From an uncultured Acidobacteriota bacterium (GTDB taxonomy: Bacteria > Acidobacteriota > Thermoanaerobaculia > UBA5066): DNA of 64,000 bases. Location: positions 66,407 to 130,406 of the forward strand of contig CAWIUK010000003.1 of assembly GCA_963839295.1 (NCBI GenBank). Reading direction: 5' to 3'. The translations under genes were made by a program, and so were the position numbers. The first letter of the stretch is position 1. Each line of letters opens with the position of its first letter. Below the pieces are notes generated by a model. The model had not been told where the DNA came from. It made no database searches and worked only from the letters and a program-made list of their open reading frames with translations. Below are positions 26,639 to 36,216 of this stretch, in pieces.

Positions 26639-27874
26639 CTACTCGTACCGGAGCGCGTCCGAGGGGTTCAGGCGCGCGGCCCGACGCGCCGGGAGCGCGG
26701 ACGCAAGGAGGACGAGGAGCAGTCCGACTCCGAGGATCCCGAGGACGTGCAGCGGCTCGGGGCGGAAGGGCATCCACGCGAGGTAGTAGACCTTCGCGAT
26801 CTCGGGCGGAAAACGCACGACGCGGAACACGGTCAGGAGCCCGCAGACGACGAGCCCGAAGGCGACGCCGAGGACGAGACCCCCGCCGCCGAGGATGAGG
26901 CCCGAGAGCCGGAACGTCCGCGCGATCGTCCGCGGGGACGCGCCGAGCGCCGCGAGGACGCCGACGTCGCGCGTCTTCTCGGCGAGGAGGACGACGAGCG
27001 ACGAGACGACCGTCCCCGCCGCCACCGCGACGATGAGCGTCAGGACGACGAACAGGAGCGTCTGCTGGACGGCGAGCGCCTCGAAGAGGTCGCGGTTGAG
27101 GACCTTCCAGTCGAGGACCGTCGAGCCCGGTCCGAGCAGCTTCCGCGCCGCGGCGACCGTCTCCGTCGACCCGGAGGGGCGCGCGAGTTTCATCTCCCAG
27201 AGGCCGACGCGCGCGTCGGGTGGCGCGACGCGGTCGAAGTCCGGCAGCGCGAGGACCGCCCAGCCGTCGTCCACCTCGGAGAACCCCGTCTCGACGATCG
27301 CGGCGACCGTCAAAGGCGTGCGCGACGGCGGCGCCACGCCCGCCGAGAGAGCCATCGACGCGGTCTCGAGGACGATGTGCGCCCCGGCCGCGACGCCGAG
27401 CCTCTTCGCGAGGCCCGAGCCGAGGAGGACGGGCGTCTCGCCCTTCGCGCGGAGCGCGGCGAACGTGGCCTCAAGGCCCGGCACGCGCCCGAAGAGCCGC
27501 GTCGTCGCGAGGCCGGCCGGTAGGTCGATCGCCTTCACGAGCGCGTCGGCGCCTTGCGGCAGCGGCCGCGGAGAGGACGAGGGCCGGGAGCGAAACCCGT
27601 CCGCGCGACGGCCGTGACGTTCGGGAGGGTCTCCAGGGCCTTCCGGATCTCCGCGGCGCGTCCGGCCGGCCTCGGGCATCGCGATCACCTCGGCGCTCGT
27701 GCCGGCGAGGCGCTCGGCGAGGTCGTGGCGGTACCCCGACATGAGCCCCATCGCGACGACGAGGGACGCGGCCCCGAGCGCGACGCCCGAGAGCGCGAGG
27801 AGCGAGACCGTCTTCGGCAGCCCCCGCCTCGAGCCCGCGAGAAAGCGCTTCGCGAGGAAGGCGGGGACGTGCAC
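26639..27874 (-). CDS. LolE/FtsX-family ABC transporter permease
   Basis: 411 aa. MacB/LolE architecture: TM1, periplasmic domain, then three C-terminal TMs ending SDALRYE. The ORF is intact, but about 37 codons (27553-27667) read better in the other two frames (see findings). No adjacent ATPase gene. Confidence 0.8.
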   Translation of the reverse strand: MHVPAFLAKRFLAGSRRGLPKTVSLLALSGVALGAASLVVAMGLMSGYRHDLAERLAGTSAEVIAMPEAGRTRRGDPEGPGDPPERHGRRADGFRSRPSSSPRPLPQGADALVKAIDLPAGLATTRLFGRVPGLEATFAALRAKGETPVLLGSGLAKRLGVAAGAHIVLETASMALSAGVAPPSRTPLTVAAIVETGFSEVDDGWAVLALPDFDRVAPPDARVGLWEMKLARPSGSTETVAAARKLLGPGSTVLDWKVLNRDLFEALAVQQTLLFVVLTLIVAVAAGTVVSSLVVLLAEKTRDVGVLAALGASPRTIARTFRLSGLILGGGGLVLGVAFGLVVCGLLTVFRVVRFPPEIAKVYYLAWMPFRPEPLHVLGILGVGLLLVLLASALPARRAARLNPSDALRYE

Positions 27875-27901
27875 GAAGCCGATGTTACGGCAGGGCCCGG
27901 A

Positions 27902-28759
27902 CTAGTTTCCCCACTCTTCCTGGTCGACCTTCCACGCGCCGCCCTCCTTCGCCATGTGCACCGTGCCGTTCACGGCGTTGCCGTCCTGCTTCCCGGTGAC
28001 CGTGAGGTCGGCCTTGTCGCCCGTCTCGACGACCTTGAGGACCTTGACGTCCGTCGCGGACATCATCTTGACCATCCCGACCATCTTCTTCGCGTCCGGA
28101 TCGTCGAGGTGCCTGGCCTGCGCCGCCGTGAAGAGCTTCTTGAGCGCTCCGAGGTCCTCCTTCTGGACCGCCTTGAGGTATGCGGCGTACACGGCGACCT
28201 GCGGGCTCTTCTGCGCGGCGGCCGTCTCGGCGGCGGTCGGAGCGACGGCCTTGGGCGCGTGGAAGACGTCGGCCCGGAACGAGACGTCGAAGCTGTAGGT
28301 GTCTCCGAAGAACTCGTGCGGCTTCGCGCTCTTGTAGCGGCCCTCGACCGTCTTTCCGTCAAAGACCTTCTTCGTGAAGACGTCCTCGCTGGAAAGGCCG
28401 CTCGGGCTCGCCTTCCTGAAGCCGTTGTCCCGGAACGCCGTCGAGATCGGCTTGCCGTCCGCGTCGAACGTGATCTCGAACGCGTGGAGCTTGCCCGCGT
28501 CGGCCATGTGGATGCGCTCGAACTGGTCCTCGAGCGCCTTGCCCTCGAGCGGGACGTCGCTGAGGATCACCTCGACGTCCTCCTTGGTCTTGTCGAAGAA
28601 GCCCTTCACGGCGCGCGCGTACGCGTGCGCCAGCTTCGTCGTCTTGCCGTTGACCGTGATGGTCCCCTCGGCCTTGCCGTCGGCGGCGCGGGCGGCCGGC
28701 GCGGAGAGAAGTCCGAGAGCCGCAAAGAAAGCGAGAGACGTCCGGGCGCGAGCGCTCAT
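27902..28759 (-). CDS. secreted hypothetical protein
   Basis: 285 aa. Signal peptide MSARARTSLAFFAALGLLSAPAARA. Lys/Asp-rich soluble domains. No recognised motif. Confidence 0.6.
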   Translation of the reverse strand: MSARARTSLAFFAALGLLSAPAARAADGKAEGTITVNGKTTKLAHAYARAVKGFFDKTKEDVEVILSDVPLEGKALEDQFERIHMADAGKLHAFEITFDADGKPISTAFRDNGFRKASPSGLSSEDVFTKKVFDGKTVEGRYKSAKPHEFFGDTYSFDVSFRADVFHAPKAVAPTAAETAAAQKSPQVAVYAAYLKAVQKEDLGALKKLFTAAQARHLDDPDAKKMVGMVKMMSATDVKVLKVVETGDKADLTVTGKQDGNAVNGTVHMAKEGGAWKVDQEEWGN

Positions 28760-28799
28760 GGAAACCCTCCTGTGTCTCGGCCTTGAGGCGGAAATCGCA

Positions 28800-29909
28800 T
28801 CAGCGCGCAGGGCGCGTCACGAGGTCGACGTACTCGTCGAAGAGCGCGTCCGAGTCGTGCGGGCCCGGGGCGGACTCCGGGTGGTACTGGACCGCGAAGA
28901 CGGGCTTGTCCGTGAGCCGGAAGCCCTCGCACGTCCCGTCGTTGAGGTTCAGGTGCGTGAGCTCCGCGTTCTTCGGAAGGGAGTCGGCCGCGACCGAGAA
29001 CCCGTGGTTCTGCGAGGTGATCGCGACGTGCCCCGTCCGGAGGTTCCTGACCGGGTGGTTCGCGCCGCGGTGGCCGAACTTCAGCTTGTACGTCGTCCCG
29101 CCCACCGCGAGGCCGAGGAGCTGCTGGCCGAGGCAGATCCCGAAGACGGGCCGGCCCGACGCCACGAACTCCCTGACGTTCGCGACGGGACCCGGCAGCG
29201 CATCGGGATCACCCGGCCCGTTCGAGAGGAAGACGCCGTCGAAGTCCCGCGCGAGGATCTCCTTCGCCGGCGCCGCCGCGGGGAACACGGTGGGCGCGAG
29301 GCCGCGCGCGGCGAGCATCCTCAGGATGTTCGTCTTGATCCCGTAGTCGATCGCGGCCACGCGTCCCTTCACGGCGGCCCCCGGCGGCATCGGGAAGTCG
29401 TAAGCCTTCGTCGTCCCGACCGTCAGGGCGAGGGCGGCGCCCGACATCGTCGGCTGGGCCTTGACCCTCTCGAGGAGCGCCGCCGCGTCCGCCTCGGAGG
29501 CGACCTCGGACGAGAGCGCGCCGCGCATCGCCCCGGCGCTCCGGAGGTGCCTCACGAGCGCCCGCGTGTCGAGCCCGTCGAGGCCCGGCACGCCCGCCTT
29601 CGTGAGCGCCTCGGCGACGGACTCCTTCCCGCGCGCGTTCGAGAAGCGATCCGGGAAGTGGCGCGCGGCGAAGCCCGCGACCTGGATCCGGTCCGACTCG
29701 ACGTCTTCGTCGTTGAGTCCGTAGTTGCCGATGTGCGACGCCGTCATCACGACGATCTGCCCGCGGTAGGACGGATCCGTGAGCGTCTCCTGGTAGCCGG
29801 CCATCCCCGTGTTGAAGACCACCTCGCCGAACGCCGTGCCCGGCGCGCCGACGGAGCGGCCGTCCCAGCGCCGGCCGTCCTCGAGGAGGAGGACCGCGCG
29901 GGACGTCAC
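28800..29909 (-). CDS. carA: carbamoyl-phosphate synthase small (glutaminase) subunit
   Basis: 369 aa from GTG 29909, which forms a GTGA overlap with the upstream gene's stop. FNTGMAGYQE, GICLGQQLL (catalytic Cys) and QYHPESAPGPHD. The rest of the 757-aa track ORF is out-of-frame overlap. Confidence 0.92.
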   Translation of the reverse strand: MTSRAVLLLEDGRRWDGRSVGAPGTAFGEVVFNTGMAGYQETLTDPSYRGQIVVMTASHIGNYGLNDEDVESDRIQVAGFAARHFPDRFSNARGKESVAEALTKAGVPGLDGLDTRALVRHLRSAGAMRGALSSEVASEADAAALLERVKAQPTMSGAALALTVGTTKAYDFPMPPGAAVKGRVAAIDYGIKTNILRMLAARGLAPTVFPAAAPAKEILARDFDGVFLSNGPGDPDALPGPVANVREFVASGRPVFGICLGQQLLGLAVGGTTYKLKFGHRGANHPVRNLRTGHVAITSQNHGFSVAADSLPKNAELTHLNLNDGTCEGFRLTDKPVFAVQYHPESAPGPHDSDALFDEYVDLVTRPAR

Positions 29910-30919
29910 AGCGTCCTCCCGACCGCCGTCGCGACGGGCCGCACCCTCGCCATGAGGTCCGCGAAGAGCTCGGGCGTCAGGGCCTGCGGGCCGTCCGAGA
30001 GCGCCTCGGCCGGCCGGTGGTGGACCTCGATCGCGACGCCGTCGGCGCCGGCCGCCACCGAGGCGAGCGACATCGGAAGGACCTTGTCGCGGCGCCCGGT
30101 GCCGTGGGACGGGTCCACGAGGATCGGAAGGTGCGACAGGCGCTCGACCGCGGGGACGACCGCGAGGTCGAGCGTGTTGCGCGTGAAGTCGTTGAACGTC
30201 CTCACGCCGCGCTCGCAGAGGACGACGTTCGGGTTGCCCTCGGCGAGGATGTACTCGGCCGCGAGGAGGAACTCCTCGAGCGTCGCGGACATCCCGCGCT
30301 TGAGGAGGACCGGCTTGCCCGAGCGGCCCGCGAGCTTGAGGAGCTCGAAGTTCTGCATGTTGCGGGCGCCGATCTGGAGGCAGTCCGCATAGCGTGCGAC
30401 GAGGTCGACCGTGGAGGTGTCGAGGACCTCGGTGACGACCGGCAGCCCCGTGGCCTCTCGCGCCTCGGCGAGGATCTTCAGCCCCTCCTCGCCGAGCCCC
30501 TGGAACGAGTACGGCGACGTCCGCGGCTTGTAGGCGCCGCCGCGCAGGAGGTGCGCGCCGAGGTCTTTCACGATCCGGGCGATCGTGACCGTCTGCTCGA
30601 GGCTCTCGACCGCGCACGGGCCCGCCATCACGACGAGACGCGTCCCTCCGACCGGCACGCCGCCGATCGAGACGATCGTGTCCTCCGGGTGGAACTCGCG
30701 CGAGACGAGCTTGTAGGGGTGCGAGACGCGGATGACCTCGAGGACGCCCGGGAGGTTCTCGAACGCCGCCGGCCCCACGGTGCCCTTGTTGCCCGTGATG
30801 CCGACCGCGGTGCGCTGGGCGCCCGGGATGGGGTGGGCCTTGAGCCCGAGTTTTTCGGCCGCGGCGACGACGCCTTCGACGTCGGTCCCCGTGGCGGTGC
30901 GGTCCATGACGATGAGCAC
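29906..30919 (-). CDS. 3-deoxy-7-phosphoheptulonate (DAHP) synthase, type I-beta with an N-terminal regulatory domain
   Basis: 337 aa. Collinear with Thermotoga-type DAHPS (PYKLVSREFHPEDT, AGPCAVES, LRGGAYKPRTSPYSFQGLGEEGL, IGARNMQNF, LVDPSH). Confidence 0.9.
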   Translation of the reverse strand: MLIVMDRTATGTDVEGVVAAAEKLGLKAHPIPGAQRTAVGITGNKGTVGPAAFENLPGVLEVIRVSHPYKLVSREFHPEDTIVSIGGVPVGGTRLVVMAGPCAVESLEQTVTIARIVKDLGAHLLRGGAYKPRTSPYSFQGLGEEGLKILAEAREATGLPVVTEVLDTSTVDLVARYADCLQIGARNMQNFELLKLAGRSGKPVLLKRGMSATLEEFLLAAEYILAEGNPNVVLCERGVRTFNDFTRNTLDLAVVPAVERLSHLPILVDPSHGTGRRDKVLPMSLASVAAGADGVAIEVHHRPAEALSDGPQALTPELFADLMARVRPVATAVGRTL

Positions 30920-30996
30920 GGCGGAGGTTTCCTCTGCGGCGTTTATACTTCATGTGCCGCGAATTCCCGATTCCCGCGCGGCTGCCGGAGGCTCCC

Positions 30997-31782
30997 ATGT
31001 CCCGTCTCGGAAACGCCCGCGCCGCCTTCCTCCTGGCGCTGACCCTCGGCTGGGCCGGGACCGCCGCGGCCACGTACGTGATCTACACGAAGGACGGCAA
31101 GCGCATCGAGGCGCAGGAAAAGCCCGTCGTGCAGGGCAAGCGGCTGGTCTACACGAACCCGCTCGGGACGCCGCAGTCCATCGCCATCGACGAGTTCGAC
31201 CAGGAGCGCAGCGACCGGGTCAACAAGGAAGGTCTCGGCAACGCCTACGTCCTCGACGATCCGGGCGCCTCGCGCTCGTCGCTCCCGAGCCCGGAAGAGA
31301 AGAAGCCGTCGCTCTCCGAGTACATCCGTCTGCACGGCCGCAAGGACGTCGACACGGCCCGCCCCGACGCCCCGCAGGGCGAGCTCGTGAAGACGATGCG
31401 CCAGGAGGGCGCGCGCGCCATCCGCGCCGCGGCTCCCGAGGCCCCGACGATCGTCATGGACCCGCAGATCACCGAGGCGTTCATGCGCGCGATGGACGGG
31501 AGCAACGTGAAGAGCGTCAAGCTCACGCAGATCGCGTCCGGCGTGCGCGTTTCGGCGACGACGGAGAACGAACAGCAGGTGTTCCTCGCGCTCGTGGCGT
31601 GCGCGCGCGGCCTCAAGGAGTCGCGCGCCGCGGGCAAGGCGCTCGACAAGGCCGAGGTCGTCTTCGTGACGTCCACGGGCGAGTCCGCGGCCCGCTTCGA
31701 CCTGAGCCCGAACGACGCGGACAATCTCCTGACCGGCCGCGTGACCCCGGCGCGCTTCTTCGTCTCGAACGTCGTTTTCTGA
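30997..31782 (+). CDS. secreted hypothetical protein
   Basis: 261 aa from MSRLGNARAAFLLALTLGWAGTAAA (signal peptide, GGAGG RBS). The stop overlaps the next start (TGATG). Confidence 0.6.
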   Translation: MSRLGNARAAFLLALTLGWAGTAAATYVIYTKDGKRIEAQEKPVVQGKRLVYTNPLGTPQSIAIDEFDQERSDRVNKEGLGNAYVLDDPGASRSSLPSPEEKKPSLSEYIRLHGRKDVDTARPDAPQGELVKTMRQEGARAIRAAAPEAPTIVMDPQITEAFMRAMDGSNVKSVKLTQIASGVRVSATTENEQQVFLALVACARGLKESRAAGKALDKAEVVFVTSTGESAARFDLSPNDADNLLTGRVTPARFFVSNVVF

Positions 31783-32117
31783 TGGACGCCGGGACGCTCG
31801 TCCTCGTCCACCTCGTGGCGCCCAAGGAGAAGTACTGGGGCGTCCTCGTGACGTTGTCTCCGGCGGGAATGACGCTCCGCGGCCTCGAGCTCGACCTCTT
31901 CGAGGAGTGGGCCCGGCAGCAGCGGCCGGGCGCGGAGCCCGAGCTGGGGGTCACCACGCTCTTCGTCCCGCTCCACCGCGTGGAGAAGATCTTCGAGGAC
32001 ACGCGCGTCGGAAGCGTCGCGAGCTACGCCGAGCGGTTCTTCGTGATCGTGGGCCGCGACGTGCGCGAGGTCCTGCGGCCGTCGCCGCCGGTCGCGGATT
32101 CGACGAACCCGAACTAA
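31782..32117 (+). CDS. hypothetical protein, translationally coupled to the upstream gene
   Basis: 111 aa from MDAGTLVLVHLVAPKEKYWG. Coding-like GC3. No family recognised. Confidence 0.5.
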   Translation: MDAGTLVLVHLVAPKEKYWGVLVTLSPAGMTLRGLELDLFEEWARQQRPGAEPELGVTTLFVPLHRVEKIFEDTRVGSVASYAERFFVIVGRDVREVLRPSPPVADSTNPN

Positions 32118-33547
32118 CCCCTCTTCTCCTCCGACAGCTCGAGGAGGATGCCGCCCGTCGCGGACGGGTGCACGAACGCGACGAGGCTGCCGTGAGCTCC
32201 GGAAAACGGCTCCTCGTTCACGAGCCTCACGCCCGCGGCCTTGAGGCGCGCGAGCGCCGCGCGCACGTCCGGGACCTCGAGACAGAGGTGGTGGATCCCC
32301 GGCCCGCGCGTCGCGAGCGCCTTCGCGATCGGGCCGTCCGGCGACGTGGACTCGAGGAGCTCGAGGTGCGACTCCCCCACCACCCGGAACGACGTCACGA
32401 CCTTCTGCGACGCGACCTCTTCGCGGTGCTCCTCGACGAGGCCGAGGAGGTCCCAGAACTTCCCGCCCTCGGAGATCGACGGGACGGAGATGCCGAGGTG
32501 GGAGATCTTCGAGACGAGAGAAGAAGAGGAAGAGAAAGACGAAGATTCGGATTTCTCAGAAGGTGAAGAGGGGTGGGGCTCGCTGCCCGCCGCGCCATGA
32601 TCGATGTGGCGCACCAGACCCTTCGCCGCTGCGATCGGATCTTCCGTACGCGCCTCCACTCGGTCCGCGGCCGCGTCGAGCGCCCCGTGGTCGCCCCCGA
32701 GGCTCTTTACCCTTCTAAGAAAATCTTCCCTGATCAGCCCTTCGATTCGGATCCTCGTCCGCTCGCGCTTTCTCCGGGTGCCCTCCGGGCCATCCAGAAA
32801 AGCCCGATGTTCCCCGAGCTTCGTCTCCAGCTCGTCCAGGCCCGCGCCCGTCGTCGCGACGGTCTTCACGACCGGCGGGATCCAGGCGCCGTGTTCGCCC
32901 AGCTCGAGCATCTGGAGGATCTCCTGCACGACGCGGTCGGCGCCGTCGCGGTCGGCCTTGTTCACCACGAAGAGATCCGCGACTTCCATGAGGCCGGCCT
33001 TGATCGCCTGGATGTCGTCGCCCATCCCCGGCGTCAGGACGACGACACAGGACTCCGCGAGCCGGAAGACGTCGACCTCGTCCTGCCCGACGCCGACCGT
33101 CTCGACGAGCACCTCGTCGAAGCCCGCCGCGTCGAGGACGTCCACGGCGTCCGCCGAGGCACGCGCGAGGCCGCCCAGGTGGCCGCGCGTCGCCATGGAG
33201 CGGATCAGGACGCCCGGGTCGGTGTAGAGGTCCTGCATCCGGATCCGGTCGCCGAGGATCGCGCCGCCCGAGAAGGGCGACGACGGGTCGACGGCCACGA
33301 TCCCGACCTTCTTCCCGCGCACGCGGGCCCGCCGCGCGAGGGCGGCGGTGAGGGTCGACTTGCCTGCCCCGGGCGAGCCCGTGAGGCCGGTGACGCGGGC
33401 GCGACCCGTCCGCGGAAACAGGGCCGCGAGCAGCTCGGGGAAGCGGGCGTCGGCGCTCTCGGCCCACGAAATCGCGCGGGCGACGTCGGGCACGCGGCCG
33501 TCGAGCACTCCCCTGGCGAGATCGGCGGCGCTTCTGGGAACCGGCAT
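32114..33547 (-). CDS. meaB: MeaB/ArgK G3E GTPase fused to methylmalonyl-CoA epimerase (VOC/glyoxalase fold)
   Basis: 477 aa. N-terminal GSPGAGKST, VDPSSPFSGGAILGDRIRM and VNKADRDGA. Ser-rich linker. C-terminal ISHLGISVPSI...GIHHLCLEV...LLEL typical of Mce. Confidence 0.85.
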   Translation of the reverse strand: MPVPRSAADLARGVLDGRVPDVARAISWAESADARFPELLAALFPRTGRARVTGLTGSPGAGKSTLTAALARRARVRGKKVGIVAVDPSSPFSGGAILGDRIRMQDLYTDPGVLIRSMATRGHLGGLARASADAVDVLDAAGFDEVLVETVGVGQDEVDVFRLAESCVVVLTPGMGDDIQAIKAGLMEVADLFVVNKADRDGADRVVQEILQMLELGEHGAWIPPVVKTVATTGAGLDELETKLGEHRAFLDGPEGTRRKRERTRIRIEGLIREDFLRRVKSLGGDHGALDAAADRVEARTEDPIAAAKGLVRHIDHGAAGSEPHPSSPSEKSESSSFSSSSSLVSKISHLGISVPSISEGGKFWDLLGLVEEHREEVASQKVVTSFRVVGESHLELLESTSPDGPIAKALATRGPGIHHLCLEVPDVRAALARLKAAGVRLVNEEPFSGAHGSLVAFVHPSATGGILLELSEEKRG

Positions 33548-33593
33548 CTCTCCCGAGTGTAGACGAGGCGCGGGGGCCTAGAATGACGCCCCC

Positions 33594-35701
33594 ATGCCAG
33601 CCGCCGAGCACCTGCCCGAGCTCGTCCCGGTTCTGTCCGAGATCGCCCGCGTCGCGGGCGAGACGCTGGACCTCCCCGAGGTCTTCCACCGGATCGCGAC
33701 GGCCGCCGGGCGCGTCCTGAAGTTCGACGCGATGACCGTCACCCTGACCGACGAGTTCGACGGCTTCGCCCTCTATTCGATCGGGGGCGCCGGGGTCACG
33801 GACGAGACGCGCCGCTCGTACGCCCGGATGGTCCCGCGCGCCGAGTATTCGCCCGTCCTCTGGGAGACCCTCACGTGCCAGGGCGTGATCGACGACATCG
33901 CCGCCAGCTGCAACCGCGCGTATCCCCGTGACCGCGAGCTCGGGGACTCGGGCGTCCGCGCGATGCTCCGGGCACCACTCCGCACGGGTGCGCGAACGAT
34001 GGGCTACCTGTCCCTCCTCGGCCTCCGGCCGCGGGCGTTCCGCGTGGAAGACCTCGCGCTCCTCAACCCGATCGCGGACGTCGTCGCGATGGCCGTCGCG
34101 CACGCGCGCCTCGCGGCCGGCGAACAGGACCGGCGCCGCCGGTACGAGGCGCTCCAGGCGCTCTCCCCCGTCCTCGCACGGGCCCTCGACGTCCGCGAAG
34201 TGTTCGACGCGATCTCGGAGATCGTCCGCCCGGTCGTCCCGCACGACCGCATGGCGATCGGTCTCCTGAGCGAGGACCGGTCGGCCGTCAACGTCTACGC
34301 GGTCTCGGGTGCGGGCTTCCCCGAAGTCCGTGAGCCGATCCGTCTCTCGCCCGACGAGCGGGCGCGGGTCGACGACTGGGCCACGGAGATCGTCCGCGAC
34401 GTCGAGAAGGAGGTCCCGCCCGACTCCGACAAGTGCCGGCACCTCTCGGCCGACGGCGTGCGCTCGCTCCTCAGGGTCCCGATCTTCTTCGAAGGCCAGT
34501 GGCAGTTCGCGGGCGGGCTCCTCTTTCTTTCACGGGCGCCGGCGACGTACGGCGAGCGCGACATCCCGCTCGCCCAGCACGTCGCGGACCAGATCGCGCT
34601 CGCCCTCTCGCACGAGCGCCTCGCCGGCGAGGCGCGCCGGGCCGCCGAAGCGGTGAGCGAGGCGAAGAAGCTCGAGCAGCGTGTCGCGTCGCTCACGGAG
34701 GAGCTCGCCTCGCGCGAGGGCTTCGGCCGGATCGTCGGCGTCGCAGAGAGCTGGAAGGGCATCCTCGTGCAGGTCTCGAAAGTCGCGCCGACGGAGACGA
34801 CCGTCCTCCTGACGGGCGAGTCGGGCACCGGCAAGGAGATCCTCGCGCGCGCGATCCACCGCGCGTCGTCGCGCGCCTCGGGCCCGTTCGTCGCGATCAA
34901 CGCGGCGGCGCTCCCGGACCAGCTCCTCGAGTCGGAGCTGTTCGGCTACGAGCGGGGCGCCTTCACGGGAGCGACGGCCGCCAAGCCGGGCCGCATCGAG
35001 CAGGCCGCCGGGGGCACGCTCTTTCTCGACGAGGCGGGCGAGATGAGCCCGGCGGTCCAGGCCAAGCTCCTCCGCCTCCTCCAGGAGCGCGAGTTCCAGC
35101 GCCTCGGCGGGACGAAGGTCCTGAAGACCGACGCCCGCATCGTCGCGGCCACGAACCGCGACCTGAAGAAGGCGATCGCGCGCGGCGAGTTCCGCGAGGA
35201 CCTCTTCTACCGGCTCTCGGTGTTCGAGATCGCGCTGCCCCCGCTCCGCGAGCGCGTCGAGGACATCCTTCCGCTCACCGAGGTCTTCCTCGGCGAGCTC
35301 GGTCCCGCGATCGGCCGCCCCGTGGCCGGAGTGTCGAAAGAGGCGAAGGACCTCCTCCTCGCGTACCCCTGGCCCGGGAACGTCCGGGAGCTCAAGAACG
35401 CCCTCGAGCGCGCCGCGATCCTCTGCGACGGAGGCCTCATCACGGCCGCCCACCTGCCGATCTCGGTCTCCGGGCACGAACCTGCCCGCGCCGGCGCTCC
35501 CGCGTCGGCCGGTGCCCCCTCCTTCCCCCCGGCGGCGTCGACCTCGAGTCGCTCGAGAAGGAGTACGTGAAAGAGGCTCTCGCGAAGGCCCGCTTCAACA
35601 AGAGCAAGGCCGCGAGGCTCCTGGGCCTCACCCGCGCCCAGCTCTACTCGAGGATCGAGAAGTACGGGCTCGAGGAGCAAGAAGATAAAGAGTTCTCCTA
35701 G
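33594..35701 (+). pseudogene. sigma-54-dependent transcriptional activator, FhlA-like (2 GAF + AAA+ + Fis HTH); frame broken by a 1-nt deletion in the C-run at 35525-35530
   Basis: GAF-like N-terminal halves. GESGTGKE Walker A and the GAFTGA sigma-54 contact motif. The HTH (KSKAARLLGLTRAQLYSRIEKYGL) is in another frame (ORF 34433..35701). The span of 2108 nt is 3n+2. Confidence 0.85.
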
Positions 35702-35892
35702 AAAGGGTTAGGCGCGGTGGCCGCCCGCGCCGCGCGCGGCCCGGCTCCGGGAACGTCCCCGGCTGTTCACCTTCTACGGAATTCTCCCCGTCCCTCCTCC
35801 GGACTCTTTCCCCTCTCTTCGCCCCCTTTTCCCGAGTGAATCCGCGGCCGCGAGGCCCCATCTTCACTGTGGAAAGAGAAAAGGGGGACGAC

Positions 35893-36201
35893 ATGAAGAA
35901 CAACAGCAACACCCACGGCGGCAGCAAGGTTCCCGCGGGCTTCTACTTCAACAAGAGCAACTGGGAGATCGTCACGGTCAGCGGGAAGAAGGGCGGCGTC
36001 CTGCCCGGCCTCCCCGAGACCGACTACCTGAAGATCCCGGCCGTCGCGATGCTCGCAGGCGCCCCCGTGCTCGGCGCCGCGTTCGTGGTCTTCCTCCCCG
36101 TCATCGGCTTCGCGCTCCTCGCCACCGCCGCATGGAAGAAGGCCTTCCGACCCGTCGAGACGCCCGTCCACAAGGAAGCGCACGTCCGCCACGGCGACTG
36201 A
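35893..36201 (+). CDS. small membrane protein, unknown function
   Basis: 102 aa from MKNNSNTHGG. AAGGGGGA RBS 5-6 nt upstream. One or two TM helices (IPAVAMLAGAPVLGAAFVVFLPVIGFALLATAAW). Confidence 0.55.
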   Translation: MKNNSNTHGGSKVPAGFYFNKSNWEIVTVSGKKGGVLPGLPETDYLKIPAVAMLAGAPVLGAAFVVFLPVIGFALLATAAWKKAFRPVETPVHKEAHVRHGD

Positions 36202-36216
36202 CCCCGGATGAACGGA

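Noticed and set aside
32520-32575. Possibility that the MeaB-epimerase fusion is an indel artefact like the other frameshifts
   Set aside because: There is no start codon at the epimerase N-terminus and no in-frame stop, and the linker reads as a plausible Ser-rich tether. It is kept as a real fusion pending a read check.
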